Below are positions 39,532 to 50,040 of a stretch of 64,000 bases of DNA, piece after piece. Both the position numbers and the translations under genes were made by a program. The stretch is taken from contig JAFGIX010000086.1 in NCBI GenBank assembly GCA_016929395.1, positions 40,819-104,818 of the forward strand, written 5' to 3'. The stretch is from Candidatus Zymogenus saltonus (lineage in GTDB: Bacteria; Desulfobacterota; Zymogenia; Zymogenales; Zymogenaceae). Below the pieces are notes generated by a model, which made no database searches, had not been told where the DNA came from, and worked only from the letters and a program-made list of their open reading frames with translations. Each line of letters starts with the position of its first letter. Position 1 is the stretch's first letter.

Positions 39532-40773
39532 GTGGCACTTATTGTTCAGAAGTACGGCGGCACATCGGTGGGGAACGAGGAGCTGATAAAAAAGGTCGCC
39601 GAAAAGGTCAAGAAGAGGAGGGACGACGGTGACGACGTGGTGGTTGTCCTGTCCGCCATGGCGGGGGAGACCGACAGGCTCATCGACCTCGCCTACGCGT
39701 TTAATCCCAACCCGAACGAGCGGGAGGTGGACGTCCTTATCTCCACAGGGGAGCAGGTAACGGTGGCGCTGTTGTCGATTGCCCTCAACGGCATGGGATG
39801 CCCCGCCCGGTCTTTTACCGGCTCCCAGGTAAAGATCTCCACCGACAACGCCTACACGAAGGCGAGGATCAAGGAGATCGACCGAACCCTCATCGAGGAG
39901 GAGCTTAAAAAGGGGAAGGTGATCGTCGTAACCGGATTTCAGGGTGTGGACGACGACGGGAACATCACAACGCTTGGAAGGGGCGGCTCCGACACCAGCG
40001 CCGTCGCTTTAGCTGCGGCCTTAGAAGCCGACCTCTGCGAGATCTGCACCGACGTCGACGGGGTCTACACGACCGATCCCAACATCTGCCCCAAGGCAAG
40101 GAAAATCGACAAGATCTCGTACGACGAGATGCTCGAGATGGCGAGCCTCGGGGCGAAGGTGCTCCAGACGAGGTCGGTCGAGTTTGCGAAAAAATACAAG
40201 GTCCCCATTCTGGTCAAATCGACATTCAAGGAGGTGCCGGGGACATACGTTACCATGGAGGATAAAGACATGGAAGAGGTTGTAGTATCGGGTATAGCGT
40301 ACAACGTGGACGAGTGTAAGCTTACGCTTAGGAGTGTGCCGGACAGGCCCGGCATCGCCTCGAAGATATTCGGGGCCATATCGGAAGCGAACATAATCGT
40401 CGATATGATCATCCAGAACATAAGCGCGGAAAACAACGCCGACATTACGTTTACGGTGCCGAAAAACGACCTGAAGAAGTCGAAGGAGATACTGGAGCGG
40501 CTGAAGAAAGAGCTCAACGCCAAGGAGATTATCGCCGATGAGGACATCGCAAAGGTCTCGATCATCGGCGTGGGAATGAGGAGCCACGCCGGGATTGCCT
40601 CGAAGATGTTTCAGGCCCTGGCGTCCGAGAACATCAACATCCTGATGATCAGCACATCGGAGATCAAGGTCTCCTGCGCCATCGAGAGAAAATACACCGA
40701 GCTCGCCGTCAGGGTCCTCCACGACGTCTTCGGCCTGGCGGAAGGCGCCAAGGCGATAAAAGAGGAACTATAA
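39532..40773 (+). CDS. lysC: Aspartate kinase with two ACT domains
   Basis: 413 aa with a GTG start. [17 protein letters not shown], and a C-terminal ACT pair. Confidence 0.93.
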   Translation: MALIVQKYGGTSVGNEELIKKVAEKVKKRRDDGDDVVVVLSAMAGETDRLIDLAYAFNPNPNEREVDVLISTGEQVTVALLSIALNGMGCPARSFTGSQVKISTDNAYTKARIKEIDRTLIEEELKKGKVIVVTGFQGVDDDGNITTLGRGGSDTSAVALAAALEADLCEICTDVDGVYTTDPNICPKARKIDKISYDEMLEMASLGAKVLQTRSVEFAKKYKVPILVKSTFKEVPGTYVTMEDKDMEEVVVSGIAYNVDECKLTLRSVPDRPGIASKIFGAISEANIIVDMIIQNISAENNADITFTVPKNDLKKSKEILERLKKELNAKEIIADEDIAKVSIIGVGMRSHAGIASKMFQALASENINILMISTSEIKVSCAIERKYTELAVRVLHDVFGLAEGAKAIKEEL

Positions 40774-40785
40774 TGGGAGTCCGTT

Positions 40786-42378
40786 ATGAGACTCGTTAAA
40801 ATATATGACACGACACTCAGGGACGGTGCCCAGGCGGAGGATATCTCCTTTATCGCCGCCGACAAGATCAGGATTGCAAAGAAGCTCGACGAGCTGGGCG
40901 TCCACTACATCGAGGGGGGGTGGCCCGGGGCGAACCCTAGGGACAACAAATTCTTCAAGGGGATCAAGGGCACCCGCTTCAATATCGCAAAGCTGGTCGC
41001 CTTCGGGAGCACGCGCCGCGCCGGCAAGACGGCGGAAAAGGATTCTCAGATAAAGGCGCTTCTCGACGCCGAGACCGACGCCATCACCATCGTCGGAAAA
41101 TCCTGGGACATCCACGTCACCCAGGCGCTGGGGGTGGAGCTTAAAGAAAACCTCGACATGATATACGACACCTTCGCATACCTGAAAGACAAGACCGGGG
41201 AGCTATTTTTCGACGCCGAGCACTTCTTCGACGGGTTCAAGGCGAACCCGGATTACGCCCTCGAAACGTTGAAAAGGGCGGAGAGCGCCGGCGCAAGCTC
41301 CCTAATTCTTTGCGACACCAACGGCGGCGTGATGCCGTGGGATTTAAAAGAGATCATCGAGCGGGTTGTAAAGGAGGTCTCTATCCCCTTCGGCATCCAC
41401 TGTCACAACGATAACGGGCTTGCCCTGGCCAACACCTTGACGGCCGTTCAGGCGGGGGCCGTTCAGGTGCAGGGGACGATAAACGGGATCGGCGAGCGGT
41501 GCGGAAACGCCGACATCTGCTCGATAATCCCCAACCTCAAGCTCAAGATGGACATCGAATGCATCTCAGACCAACAGATGGAGAGGCTGAAAGAAGTGTC
41601 GAGGTTCGTCGACGAGATGGCGAACCGCATCCCGAACAAGCACTACCCGTACGTGGGCGAGAGCGCCTTTGCCCACAAGGGGGGCATCCACGCCAGCGCC
41701 GTCTCCAAGAACCCCCTCACCTACGAGCACGTAAACCCGGCGCTGGTCGGGAACAGGCAGCGCATCCTGGTGAGCGACCAGTCGGGACTCTCCAACATAA
41801 AGTTCAAGGCGAAGCAGTTCGGCGTAGACCTCACAGACGAGGAGAAGGGGGCGAAGGAGCTGGTCAAGAACGTCAAGGATCTCGAGGAGAAGGGCTACCA
41901 GTTCGAGGGGGCGGACGCCTCCTTCGAGCTCCTGATGAACAGGACCCTTGGGCGCTACAAGCCCTACTTCAGGCTCCGGGGCTTTCGGGTGATCGTGGAG
42001 CGGAGGCAGGAGGACGACGTACCCTTTTCCGAGGCGACCATCATGATCGACGTGGACGGGAGGGTGGAGCACACCGCGGCCGTGGGAAACGGCCCCGTAA
42101 ACGCGCTGGACAACGCCATAAGAAAAGCCTTGATGAAGTTCTACCCGGAGCTTTCCGAGATGCGGCTCGTGGACTTCAAGGTGAGGGTTCTCACCACCGA
42201 GGCCGCCACCGCCGGAACGGTCCGCGTCTTGATCGAATCCGGCGACAACGAGGACACCTGGGAGACGGTGGGCGTCCACGAAAACATCATCCAGGCGAGC
42301 TGGACGGCGCTCGTGGACAGCATCGAGTATAAGCTCTACAAGGACGAGAAGAAGAGAAAGGCCCTCGAGGAAGATTAG
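40786..42378 (+). CDS. cimA: (R)-citramalate synthase (LeuA/CimA family, long form)
   Basis: 530 aa. [16 protein letters not shown]. The length and C-terminal regulatory domain fit CimA better than LeuA. Confidence 0.75.
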   Translation: MRLVKIYDTTLRDGAQAEDISFIAADKIRIAKKLDELGVHYIEGGWPGANPRDNKFFKGIKGTRFNIAKLVAFGSTRRAGKTAEKDSQIKALLDAETDAITIVGKSWDIHVTQALGVELKENLDMIYDTFAYLKDKTGELFFDAEHFFDGFKANPDYALETLKRAESAGASSLILCDTNGGVMPWDLKEIIERVVKEVSIPFGIHCHNDNGLALANTLTAVQAGAVQVQGTINGIGERCGNADICSIIPNLKLKMDIECISDQQMERLKEVSRFVDEMANRIPNKHYPYVGESAFAHKGGIHASAVSKNPLTYEHVNPALVGNRQRILVSDQSGLSNIKFKAKQFGVDLTDEEKGAKELVKNVKDLEEKGYQFEGADASFELLMNRTLGRYKPYFRLRGFRVIVERRQEDDVPFSEATIMIDVDGRVEHTAAVGNGPVNALDNAIRKALMKFYPELSEMRLVDFKVRVLTTEAATAGTVRVLIESGDNEDTWETVGVHENIIQASWTALVDSIEYKLYKDEKKRKALEED

Positions 42379-42405
42379 TCTCTATAAAGGATTGTATAAA
42401 GGGCT

Positions 42406-42993
42406 ATGCACGATAAGGATAAGGAGATGAAGAACAACGCCGGTCTCCTTCGCTACCGGAGGGGGATTCTAATCGTCTCCTCGCTCCTTTTTACCTTTCT
42501 TGCCGTAACCCACCTCTCGGCCGAGCTGAAGGGCCTCAATGGGCCCTCAAAGCCTGTCGCAGGAATCGCCGTCTCGAACCCCGACGGCGTTATCGAGATA
42601 CTACCGCCGGGCACAACATTAAGGGATGCCCTTACCAAATGGGGCATTGATGTTGACAACGTTGATTTGAATCCCAAGACCCTCGATGAGAGACTGCCGG
42701 GCGGCGCATCGGTGGCCGTCCTTCATGCCGACGGCGGAGACAAGATCGAGGTCTCACCCCTACCCGCCCGGAAGCTCTTCATCCTGGGCCTTCCCTTCAA
42801 CATAAACGAGGCGACCGCAGAAGACCTCGCCCTCATCCCGGGCATCGGCGAAAAGAGCGCCGGCTGGATTGTCGAGTACAGGGATAGCTACGGCCCGTTT
42901 TCGTGCGTTGGTGACCTGACCAGGGTCAAGGGGATAGGGAGGTACAAGACAAAACTCATCGAAGGGTATGTGGTGTTTGGGGGCGGGGATTGA
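42406..42993 (+). CDS. comEA: ComEA-like helix-hairpin-helix DNA-binding protein
   Basis: 195 aa. Membrane anchor, SLBB-like middle region, and C-terminal INEATAEDLALIPGIGEKSA...LTRVKGIGRYK tandem HhH. Confidence 0.8.
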   Translation: MHDKDKEMKNNAGLLRYRRGILIVSSLLFTFLAVTHLSAELKGLNGPSKPVAGIAVSNPDGVIEILPPGTTLRDALTKWGIDVDNVDLNPKTLDERLPGGASVAVLHADGGDKIEVSPLPARKLFILGLPFNINEATAEDLALIPGIGEKSAGWIVEYRDSYGPFSCVGDLTRVKGIGRYKTKLIEGYVVFGGGD

Positions 42994-43151
42994 ATATATA
43001 TCAGGTATTAATGATAAATCCAAATTATATGGGGTGGGCGGCGTTTTTTTAATAATAATATATATAGCAATTGAATATATTGTAAAAATGTGTTAGTTAA
43101 GAATAGTACTTGATGTATTGAATAAAAGCCTTCAATAAAATAGTCGAACAA

Positions 43152-43805
43152 TTGATGATATCAGACAATTTATATAAGATACTTAATATTTTATTTGCTA
43201 TTTTTGAGCTAATAACACCTTCGTTTAGGATTTTAAGCTTTAAGACTTCCGCTGTCTTGTGTCTAATCGGTATTGGTTCTATGGTAGGTGGTTTCTCATT
43301 CAATGCTTTAAACGAAAGCCCTTTTTATTCAAGGGCAAAAATGATAGCTATTTCCATCGGTACACTTAGTGCTTTAGGAATTGCTTCTTCGTCTGGAGAA
43401 AGACTTTTACTAATCAGTATACCATTCTTTTCCATAGGGCGTATTTTGGATGGTCTGGCAATTGGGACTTCGATTTCATATTTTATTTCAAAATACAGAA
43501 ACAGACTCTTTAGTATCTCCCCCCCCTTCATAATAGTCATTTTGCATTTATGCAGTATTGCATTTTCAGTCCATGGTTTGTATAGATTAGCAATATCAAT
43601 TCCTCAATATAAAAGAAATATGGCAATTGTAATAGGGATATGCATTGTTATGGCGTCGGCGAAGTTAGTTTCACCAACAGCAAGTGAAGTTTTTTCTTTA
43701 ACAAGTAGTTACCTCGATAGTAATTATTCAATTATTCTATTTACTTCTATGTTATTCTTGAGTTTCCCTGTTGGATTAGTGATAGGATTCATGAGAGATT
43801 TGTAG
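43152..43805 (+). CDS. Multi-pass membrane protein, no recognisable family (AT-rich islet)
   Basis: 217 aa with about 6 hydrophobic segments. The composition is very different from both neighbours. Confidence 0.5.
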   Translation: MMISDNLYKILNILFAIFELITPSFRILSFKTSAVLCLIGIGSMVGGFSFNALNESPFYSRAKMIAISIGTLSALGIASSSGERLLLISIPFFSIGRILDGLAIGTSISYFISKYRNRLFSISPPFIIVILHLCSIAFSVHGLYRLAISIPQYKRNMAIVIGICIVMASAKLVSPTASEVFSLTSSYLDSNYSIILFTSMLFLSFPVGLVIGFMRDL

Positions 43806-43903
43806 TATCAATGATATTTTTGTTGCACCGCTGATCAGGCGCTTTTTGAACTGTTAACTGAATAAACAGGTTTTATCCATTAACCGTATAAATTGCCACC
43901 CCC

Positions 43904-45706
43904 CTACCCCTCCCCCTCGTACATCGACTCGATGACATCATTGTAGCGCTCCTTTAAGACCTTTCTTTTTATCTTAAGCGTGGCGGTCACCTCCCCCTCC
44001 TCCTGCGAAAAATCTCTGGGCAGGATGCGAAACTTCTTTATCGTTTCGTATGAGGGAAGCGTGGCGTTCACCTTCTCGACCCCCTCTTCCACTATCTTCA
44101 CGACCTCCGGGTTCTTCGTGAGCTCGGCGAAGTCCGCGCCCTCAAGCCCCAGCCCCTTCGCGAAGTCGAGGAGCTCCGCCTCGTCCAGCGTGATCAGCGC
44201 CGTCAGGTACTTCTTCCTGTCGCCGTAGACCATGGCGTTCGCCACAAGCTTGATCTGCTTCAAGTGGTTCTCCAGGTTCTGGGGGGAGATGTTCTTGCCG
44301 CCCGACGTGATGATGAGGTCCTTCTTCCTGTCGGTGATGACAAGAAAGCCGTCCTCGTCCCACCTGCCCACGTCGCCCGAATAGCACCAGCCGTCTTTTA
44401 TCAGCTCTTCTGTCATCTTCGGCTGTTTGTGGTAGCCCATGAAGTTGTTCCCCTTGATCAATATCTCGCCGTCCGGAGCGAGCTTTACATCGAAGCCGGG
44501 CATCGTCTTTCCCACGGTGCCGTAGCGGCAGTGATCGAAGGTAGTCATGGTGCCGCCCACGGTCTCGGTCAGGCCGTAGAACTCCAGCACCTGTATTCCC
44601 ACGCTGTGGATGAACTCCCCCACCTCGGACGACAAGGGCGCCCCCGCGGAAAGGGCGAAGGTCAGCCCGCCCCCCAGCATCGCCCTGATTTTTTTGAAGA
44701 CGAGGGCGTCGGCCACCGCGAACTTCGCGCGAAGGAGCGGGAAAAGCCGCTTCTTGTTGTTGAGACGCCGGCTCCTCTTCCTCCCCACGGTAACAGCCCA
44801 GCGAAAGAGGAGTCGCTTGACGAACGATCCCTTTTCCGCCACCGAGACGATCCGGGCGTAGACCTTCTCGAAGATCCTCGGGACGCTGGTGAAGTAGGTC
44901 GGCGACGTCTCCATGAGGTTCACCGCCAGCGTGTCCAAGGACTCGGCAACCACGAAGGGGATGTTCTTTACCAGGTTGTAGTAGTAGCCGGAGACGCGGG
45001 GAAAGAAGTGGGAGACGGGCAGGATCATGATCGACATGTTGGTCTCAGGGTCTATCTTGATTATATCGTCGGTGGAGTCTATGACGTAGGTGATGTTCCC
45101 GTGGTTGAGCATACACCCCTTGGGCGGGCCTGTCGTCCCGGAGGTGTAGACGATAGTGGCCATGTCTTCCGGCCTTATGCCCGTTGCCGCCTTCACAATT
45201 TTCTCCTCCAGCTTGTCCCTCTTCGCCCTGCCCTCTTCCATGATCCCGGAGTACGTGATTACGTCTTTATCCCCATTTGGAACATCCCCCTCGATAAGGA
45301 TGATTTTTTTCAGCCCCTTGAGCCTATCTCTCACCGAGAGGATCTTTTCGAGCTGGGCGGTGTCCTCCACGACGACGTAACCCGCCTCGGAGTCCGTTAT
45401 TATATGGACGCACTGCTCCGGGGTGTTAGTGTGGTATATCGGGACGTTGACGCAGCCGATGAAAAGTGTGGCCAAATCAGAAACCAGCCACTCGATCCGG
45501 TTAAAGGAGAGGATGGCGAGCCGGTCGCCGCGCTTTACGCCGATCTCGACCAATCCAGCGGTGAAGGAGAGGACGAGGTCTTTAAGCTCGCCCCACGTAA
45601 CGTCTACGTACTCTCCCCCCTTCACCTCCTTGTGCTTTAAGATAACTCTTTTGGGGTACTTATTCGCATGATCCAAGAATATTGCGTTCAATGTCTTCCC
45701 GCTCAT
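43904..45706 (-). CDS. Long-chain acyl-CoA synthetase (AMP-forming)
   Basis: 600 aa. YTSGTTGPPKG AMP-binding motif, GWCYSGDVG, TLKIKRK. Confidence 0.9.
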   Translation of the reverse strand: MSGKTLNAIFLDHANKYPKRVILKHKEVKGGEYVDVTWGELKDLVLSFTAGLVEIGVKRGDRLAILSFNRIEWLVSDLATLFIGCVNVPIYHTNTPEQCVHIITDSEAGYVVVEDTAQLEKILSVRDRLKGLKKIILIEGDVPNGDKDVITYSGIMEEGRAKRDKLEEKIVKAATGIRPEDMATIVYTSGTTGPPKGCMLNHGNITYVIDSTDDIIKIDPETNMSIMILPVSHFFPRVSGYYYNLVKNIPFVVAESLDTLAVNLMETSPTYFTSVPRIFEKVYARIVSVAEKGSFVKRLLFRWAVTVGRKRSRRLNNKKRLFPLLRAKFAVADALVFKKIRAMLGGGLTFALSAGAPLSSEVGEFIHSVGIQVLEFYGLTETVGGTMTTFDHCRYGTVGKTMPGFDVKLAPDGEILIKGNNFMGYHKQPKMTEELIKDGWCYSGDVGRWDEDGFLVITDRKKDLIITSGGKNISPQNLENHLKQIKLVANAMVYGDRKKYLTALITLDEAELLDFAKGLGLEGADFAELTKNPEVVKIVEEGVEKVNATLPSYETIKKFRILPRDFSQEEGEVTATLKIKRKVLKERYNDVIESMYEGEG

Positions 45707-45743
45707 ATCGGACTCCTCTAAATATTAATTATCTATTACATGA

Positions 45744-46994
45744 TTACGACAGCCCCTTCTTCTCAAGCAATGTCTCCATGAAGGCGTCCATCCTCGTCTG
45801 GAACTGGGCGACCGAGAAGTTCCTCTCGTCCATGTGGTCGGCGTCGATTATGACAGACGGGATATTAAGCTCCTCCATAAGCGCCCGCTTGATATCCATC
45901 TGCCCCAGCGTGATGGGTACGCACGACTTGTTCCTGTGCAGCACCGCCCCGTCGATGTGGAAGTCCCTGCATGCCTTTAAGACCATCTCCTTTCTCTTCC
46001 GGGTGGAGGTGCACGAGACGAGGGGATACGACATCAGCGACTTAATCGCTATCGCCTCCAGCGGGTCCTTCGGGTCGAGGCGGATGGACCATGCTGCGGA
46101 GTAGGTCTCCGCCACGAAGACGCCCCCCATCTTCTCCACGTAGTTGAAGAGCCCCATGTTGTACCAGAGGGGTATGTTGTCCCAGAAGAGCCTGATCTTC
46201 TCGTCCTCGATGATGCCGATCTTCGCAGCAGCCCGCTCCTTGACCTCTTCGAGGACCTTCTCAAGGTAGTCCACGGCGATCTGCGTCCCCTGGCGGGTCA
46301 CCATGACGAACATGATCCCTATCTCGGCGGCCGAGATGGGGGTGGGGATAAACCGCCGGTGGGAGGTTATCTCGTCCCAGAGCTCGCACGCCCGATCAGA
46401 GAGCCTGACCGCCTCCCTCAGCCTCTCCATGTCGAACTTTCTGCCGGTCACCTCGGTGAGAAAATCTATGAGCCGGGTGAAGACGCTCTTGACATACTCG
46501 ATGTGGTGTCTCTGGATCTTCTCCGGCGCCACCTGAGGGATGCCGCCGATGAAGTGGGCGGCGTCCGGGAACCTCTTCTCCATAGCCTGTAAAATCTTCA
46601 TGGCGGGAACACACCCCCCGCCGCCGGAGAAGATGATGTCAGGCTCCGGGAGCCCGCCCAGGGGGACGTCGTCCTTTCCCATCAGGCCGTAGACGTAGCC
46701 CACGATGTTTCTCAAGTATCCGCAGAGGTCTTGGGAGTAGCCCATCCCCTCCGAGACCTCGAAGTCCGTGGGCGTAAGGCCGAAGGCGGCGCATACCGGA
46801 GACCAGTTCTCCGGAAATACCGGCTGAAGGTCCATGGCGTAGAATATCTCGGTGGTGCCGATCATCACCGGAAGCCACCCCACCGGCTTTCCCTCCTCCT
46901 TCGCCCTGTGACCCTCGAGGTAGAACTCGGTCACTATTTTGTTAAGCTCCTTGGCGGTTTTAAGCCTCTTTTTCGATTTGCTCGTCTTTTCCAT
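45744..46994 (-). CDS. 2-hydroxyacyl-CoA dehydratase / benzoyl-CoA reductase family subunit (HgdB/BcrB-like)
   Basis: 416 aa with the family-typical Cys-containing blocks (..GGGGCVPAMK.., ..VSCTSTRKRKEM.., HRNKSC). Confidence 0.75.
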   Translation of the reverse strand: MEKTSKSKKRLKTAKELNKIVTEFYLEGHRAKEEGKPVGWLPVMIGTTEIFYAMDLQPVFPENWSPVCAAFGLTPTDFEVSEGMGYSQDLCGYLRNIVGYVYGLMGKDDVPLGGLPEPDIIFSGGGGCVPAMKILQAMEKRFPDAAHFIGGIPQVAPEKIQRHHIEYVKSVFTRLIDFLTEVTGRKFDMERLREAVRLSDRACELWDEITSHRRFIPTPISAAEIGIMFVMVTRQGTQIAVDYLEKVLEEVKERAAAKIGIIEDEKIRLFWDNIPLWYNMGLFNYVEKMGGVFVAETYSAAWSIRLDPKDPLEAIAIKSLMSYPLVSCTSTRKRKEMVLKACRDFHIDGAVLHRNKSCVPITLGQMDIKRALMEELNIPSVIIDADHMDERNFSVAQFQTRMDAFMETLLEKKGLS

Positions 46995-47030
46995 AACGTG
47001 TCTTTTCTATAAACGTTTTTCTATAAATAT

Positions 47031-48182
47031 CTAACTTCCTATCATCTCGAAGAATCCCTCGAGCCTAGTCCTCAGCTGCCCCTCCATTATCCCGGTCTCC
47101 TCCATCTCGATTGCGATCTGGGGAATCCCCTCCTTTTTCAGCATCTCCACCGCCACCGGGTGGTCGGCCAAGTGGGGGGAGCAGAACTTCTGGAAGAGGA
47201 AGACGACCCCCTTGGCCCCCGAGCTTTTAACAAGCTCCACCAACCTCGGCACCCTGACCCCCGTCCGGGATCGGGAGGGACAGGGGTAACGGTTTATGTA
47301 GCGGTCTATCAGCCTCTCGGTCGAAGTCTTTCCCTCCCCCCCCTCCGGATGAAAGTTTCTAAACCCGGTGCAGAGGTCGTCGGCGACTACCACACCCCCC
47401 GACTCCTCCAATATTTCCAGCACCCCCGGCTCCTCGACAAGGCTCCCGGAGACAAGGACGGGGATACCCTTCCTATTTATTGTTTCGGCCTTGTCGCCCT
47501 TTTCCTCGATCTCCCCAGCCAGCCCCTCAAGCATCAAGAGGTAGTCCTCCGGAGGAGTCACAAACCCGGCCCTGATCACCGTCAGGAATTCCGCCGCGGT
47601 AAGGGGAAGGCTCCGTTTCTCCCTCATCTCCATGAACCGGAGGATCATCCCCCTTATCTTCCCGTAGAGGTCAAGGGAGACCTCGAGGGATTCTTCCGTC
47701 ACCGCCCCACCCACGCCTTCAAGCTTATCCTTGAGCTCCTCCAAGACCGCGCCGAAAAAATCCCTGTCGGCGGGGTAATTATCGTAGGGGAGGGGGATCG
47801 TGTGGTAGAGCTCCCCTTTGAAATTGTCCTCCCAGACGTTCACCGCCCCGCAGACTACATCGCAGGTGTATCCCTCGATCACACCTGACAGGTAATCGTA
47901 TCGGCCCATGAGCGCCCTCTCCGTGGCCAGGCGGACATAGGGGCAGATAAAGTTCGGCGTTAAAGAATCGGCGTTATCCACCCGCCCCTGGCCTCCCGCG
48001 ATCCGCACCGGCAGAAATCCCGCGGCGTGAATCATCTCGATCGGGGTGTAGGTGCAAAAGTAGCCGAAGACCTTTTTCCCGCCTGACGATATCGCCTTAA
48101 GGTTTTCGTCCATCTTCTCTATGGCATCTGTGAATCTTACCACTGAAATATTCGAGGTTTTAGACATTTCTTTTTTTGACAT
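47031..48182 (-). CDS. 2-hydroxyacyl-CoA dehydratase family subunit (second component)
   Basis: 383 aa. GYFCTYTPIEMIHAAG, FICPYVR, QKFCSPH blocks typical of the HGD-D family. Confidence 0.75.
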   Translation of the reverse strand: MSKKEMSKTSNISVVRFTDAIEKMDENLKAISSGGKKVFGYFCTYTPIEMIHAAGFLPVRIAGGQGRVDNADSLTPNFICPYVRLATERALMGRYDYLSGVIEGYTCDVVCGAVNVWEDNFKGELYHTIPLPYDNYPADRDFFGAVLEELKDKLEGVGGAVTEESLEVSLDLYGKIRGMILRFMEMREKRSLPLTAAEFLTVIRAGFVTPPEDYLLMLEGLAGEIEEKGDKAETINRKGIPVLVSGSLVEEPGVLEILEESGGVVVADDLCTGFRNFHPEGGEGKTSTERLIDRYINRYPCPSRSRTGVRVPRLVELVKSSGAKGVVFLFQKFCSPHLADHPVAVEMLKKEGIPQIAIEMEETGIMEGQLRTRLEGFFEMIGS

Positions 48183-48378
48183 TTAGATATTCCAATCATG
48201 AAGTATATGAAAATACTTTTACCTTTTATATCAGAAAACTCCCCTCGTGTCCCTTAAAATCACCCTGTGAATTCAACTCACAAATGCGGCCTTTAAGGTC
48301 GTGAAAAAAGATAAGACGTTGCATGATATGCTCTCTTTCACGATATAATCACCCCTCCCTTTATATGAGAAACGACTG

Positions 48379-49884
48379 CTACTCCGCCCTCAAAACCCTC
48401 CCCGGAAGCTCCCCCGTTACCTGGCCGTTCAAGAGCGCCCACTCCCCGTTTACCATGACATGGGGGATGCCGGAGGGCCTCACGTTCGGCTCCCTGAAGG
48501 TTCCGTTGTCTTTTATTTCTTCGGGATTGAACAACGTGATGTCGGCGAAGTACCCCTTCCTGATATATCCCCTCTTCTTTAGGCCGAGCTTGTCGGCGGA
48601 CTTCCCCGTCATCTTTGAGATCGCCTCTCCCCACGTCAGAATCCCCCTCTCCCTGACGTAGCTGGATAGGATCTTCGGAAACGTGCTTGTCACCCTGGGG
48701 TGCGGCTTTCCCCTCTTGTCCTCTATCCCGTCCGACCCTATCATCGTCCAGGGCTGCCTCAGAAACTCGACCATGTCCTCCTCCGACATTCCCCTTCCCA
48801 CGCCGAAGGCGGAGGGGCTCTCGGCGATGAGTCTCCTTCCCGCCTCGTCGGCGGACACCCCCCACATATCGGCCAGCTCCGTCATGGAGCGCCCCACGAC
48901 CTCCTCCCACATCCCGCCGTCGGACCTTACGGCGTTTGACACAAAGACGCTGTCAGGGTCGGCCCCGGGCATCAACACGATCATCGCCAGGAAGGTGGAG
49001 GAGAAGAGATACGGGTATACATCGGCCGTGACGTCAAGGCCGCTCTTTATTGCGGACTCCACTGTCTCGATCACCTCCCCCGCCCTCCCCCAGTTCTTCT
49101 CTCCCATGCACTTGATGTGGGAAATCTGGAGCTTGGCATTGCTCTCCTTGACAACCGTAAAGGCCTCATCGAGGGCAAGGGCTATCCCGTCACCCTCGTC
49201 TCGCATGTGGGTGGCGTAGGCCGGGACCGCGCCCGTGCTCCCCCTCATCTCCACTCCCCTTGTCATCAACCACGTCAGCTCCTCCGTCTTTGTCATTGCG
49301 CCTGTGGGATATATCAATCCGGTTGAGACGCCAAGGGCCCCGCTTTCCATCGCCTCGCCGAGAAGGCTTTCCATCTCACGGCGCTCCGCCTTACCGGCAA
49401 TATCAAGGGACATCCCCATGACGTTTCCCCTTATCATCCCCTGACTTGCAAACGACGCGATATTTATGGCGATCCCCCTCTCCTCGAGGAATCCGTAATA
49501 TTCGCCCAGACCCGAATAGCCGGTAAAGTCCGTTCCGCCGACCATTGTCGTGATGAGGGGCACCATATCCATCATTATTGTCTCGTTTACCGGATACGGG
49601 CTCAATCCGCAGTTTCCCACCACTTCGAGGGTGCAGCCCTGGGTAAGCTTTTCGTACGCTATGGGATATTTCATCCTGTCGAAGTCGCCATGGCAGTGGA
49701 TGTCGATGAATCCGGGAGCGGCGATAAGGCCGTCGGCGCGAAATATCTCTGCATCCGCCGCCTCGATGGACCCGGCCACCTCTACGATTCTGTCCCTCCT
49801 AACGAGGATCTCCTTGGGGGCCGGCTCGCTCCCCGTCCCGTCGGCCACCATGCACCCCGTGATCAGTACGCCGCCCGTTTCCAT
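48379..49884 (-). CDS. N-acyl-D-amino-acid deacylase family amidohydrolase
   Basis: 501 aa. GFIDIHCHGD metal site and the overall D-aminoacylase layout. Confidence 0.8.
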   Translation of the reverse strand: METGGVLITGCMVADGTGSEPAPKEILVRRDRIVEVAGSIEAADAEIFRADGLIAAPGFIDIHCHGDFDRMKYPIAYEKLTQGCTLEVVGNCGLSPYPVNETIMMDMVPLITTMVGGTDFTGYSGLGEYYGFLEERGIAINIASFASQGMIRGNVMGMSLDIAGKAERREMESLLGEAMESGALGVSTGLIYPTGAMTKTEELTWLMTRGVEMRGSTGAVPAYATHMRDEGDGIALALDEAFTVVKESNAKLQISHIKCMGEKNWGRAGEVIETVESAIKSGLDVTADVYPYLFSSTFLAMIVLMPGADPDSVFVSNAVRSDGGMWEEVVGRSMTELADMWGVSADEAGRRLIAESPSAFGVGRGMSEEDMVEFLRQPWTMIGSDGIEDKRGKPHPRVTSTFPKILSSYVRERGILTWGEAISKMTGKSADKLGLKKRGYIRKGYFADITLFNPEEIKDNGTFREPNVRPSGIPHVMVNGEWALLNGQVTGELPGRVLRAE

Positions 49885-50040
49885 AGATTGTTACCTTTCA
49901 AAGATTGTTTTATATTATGGAATAAAGGGGCCGGTGTCAATTCAAATACGGATCTGTGGAGATTTCCACATATAATATGTAGCCCTCATCCCCGGCCGCA
50001 TAGATCTCAAGGACAGGCGGCGGAAGTCGGCAGGATCGAA

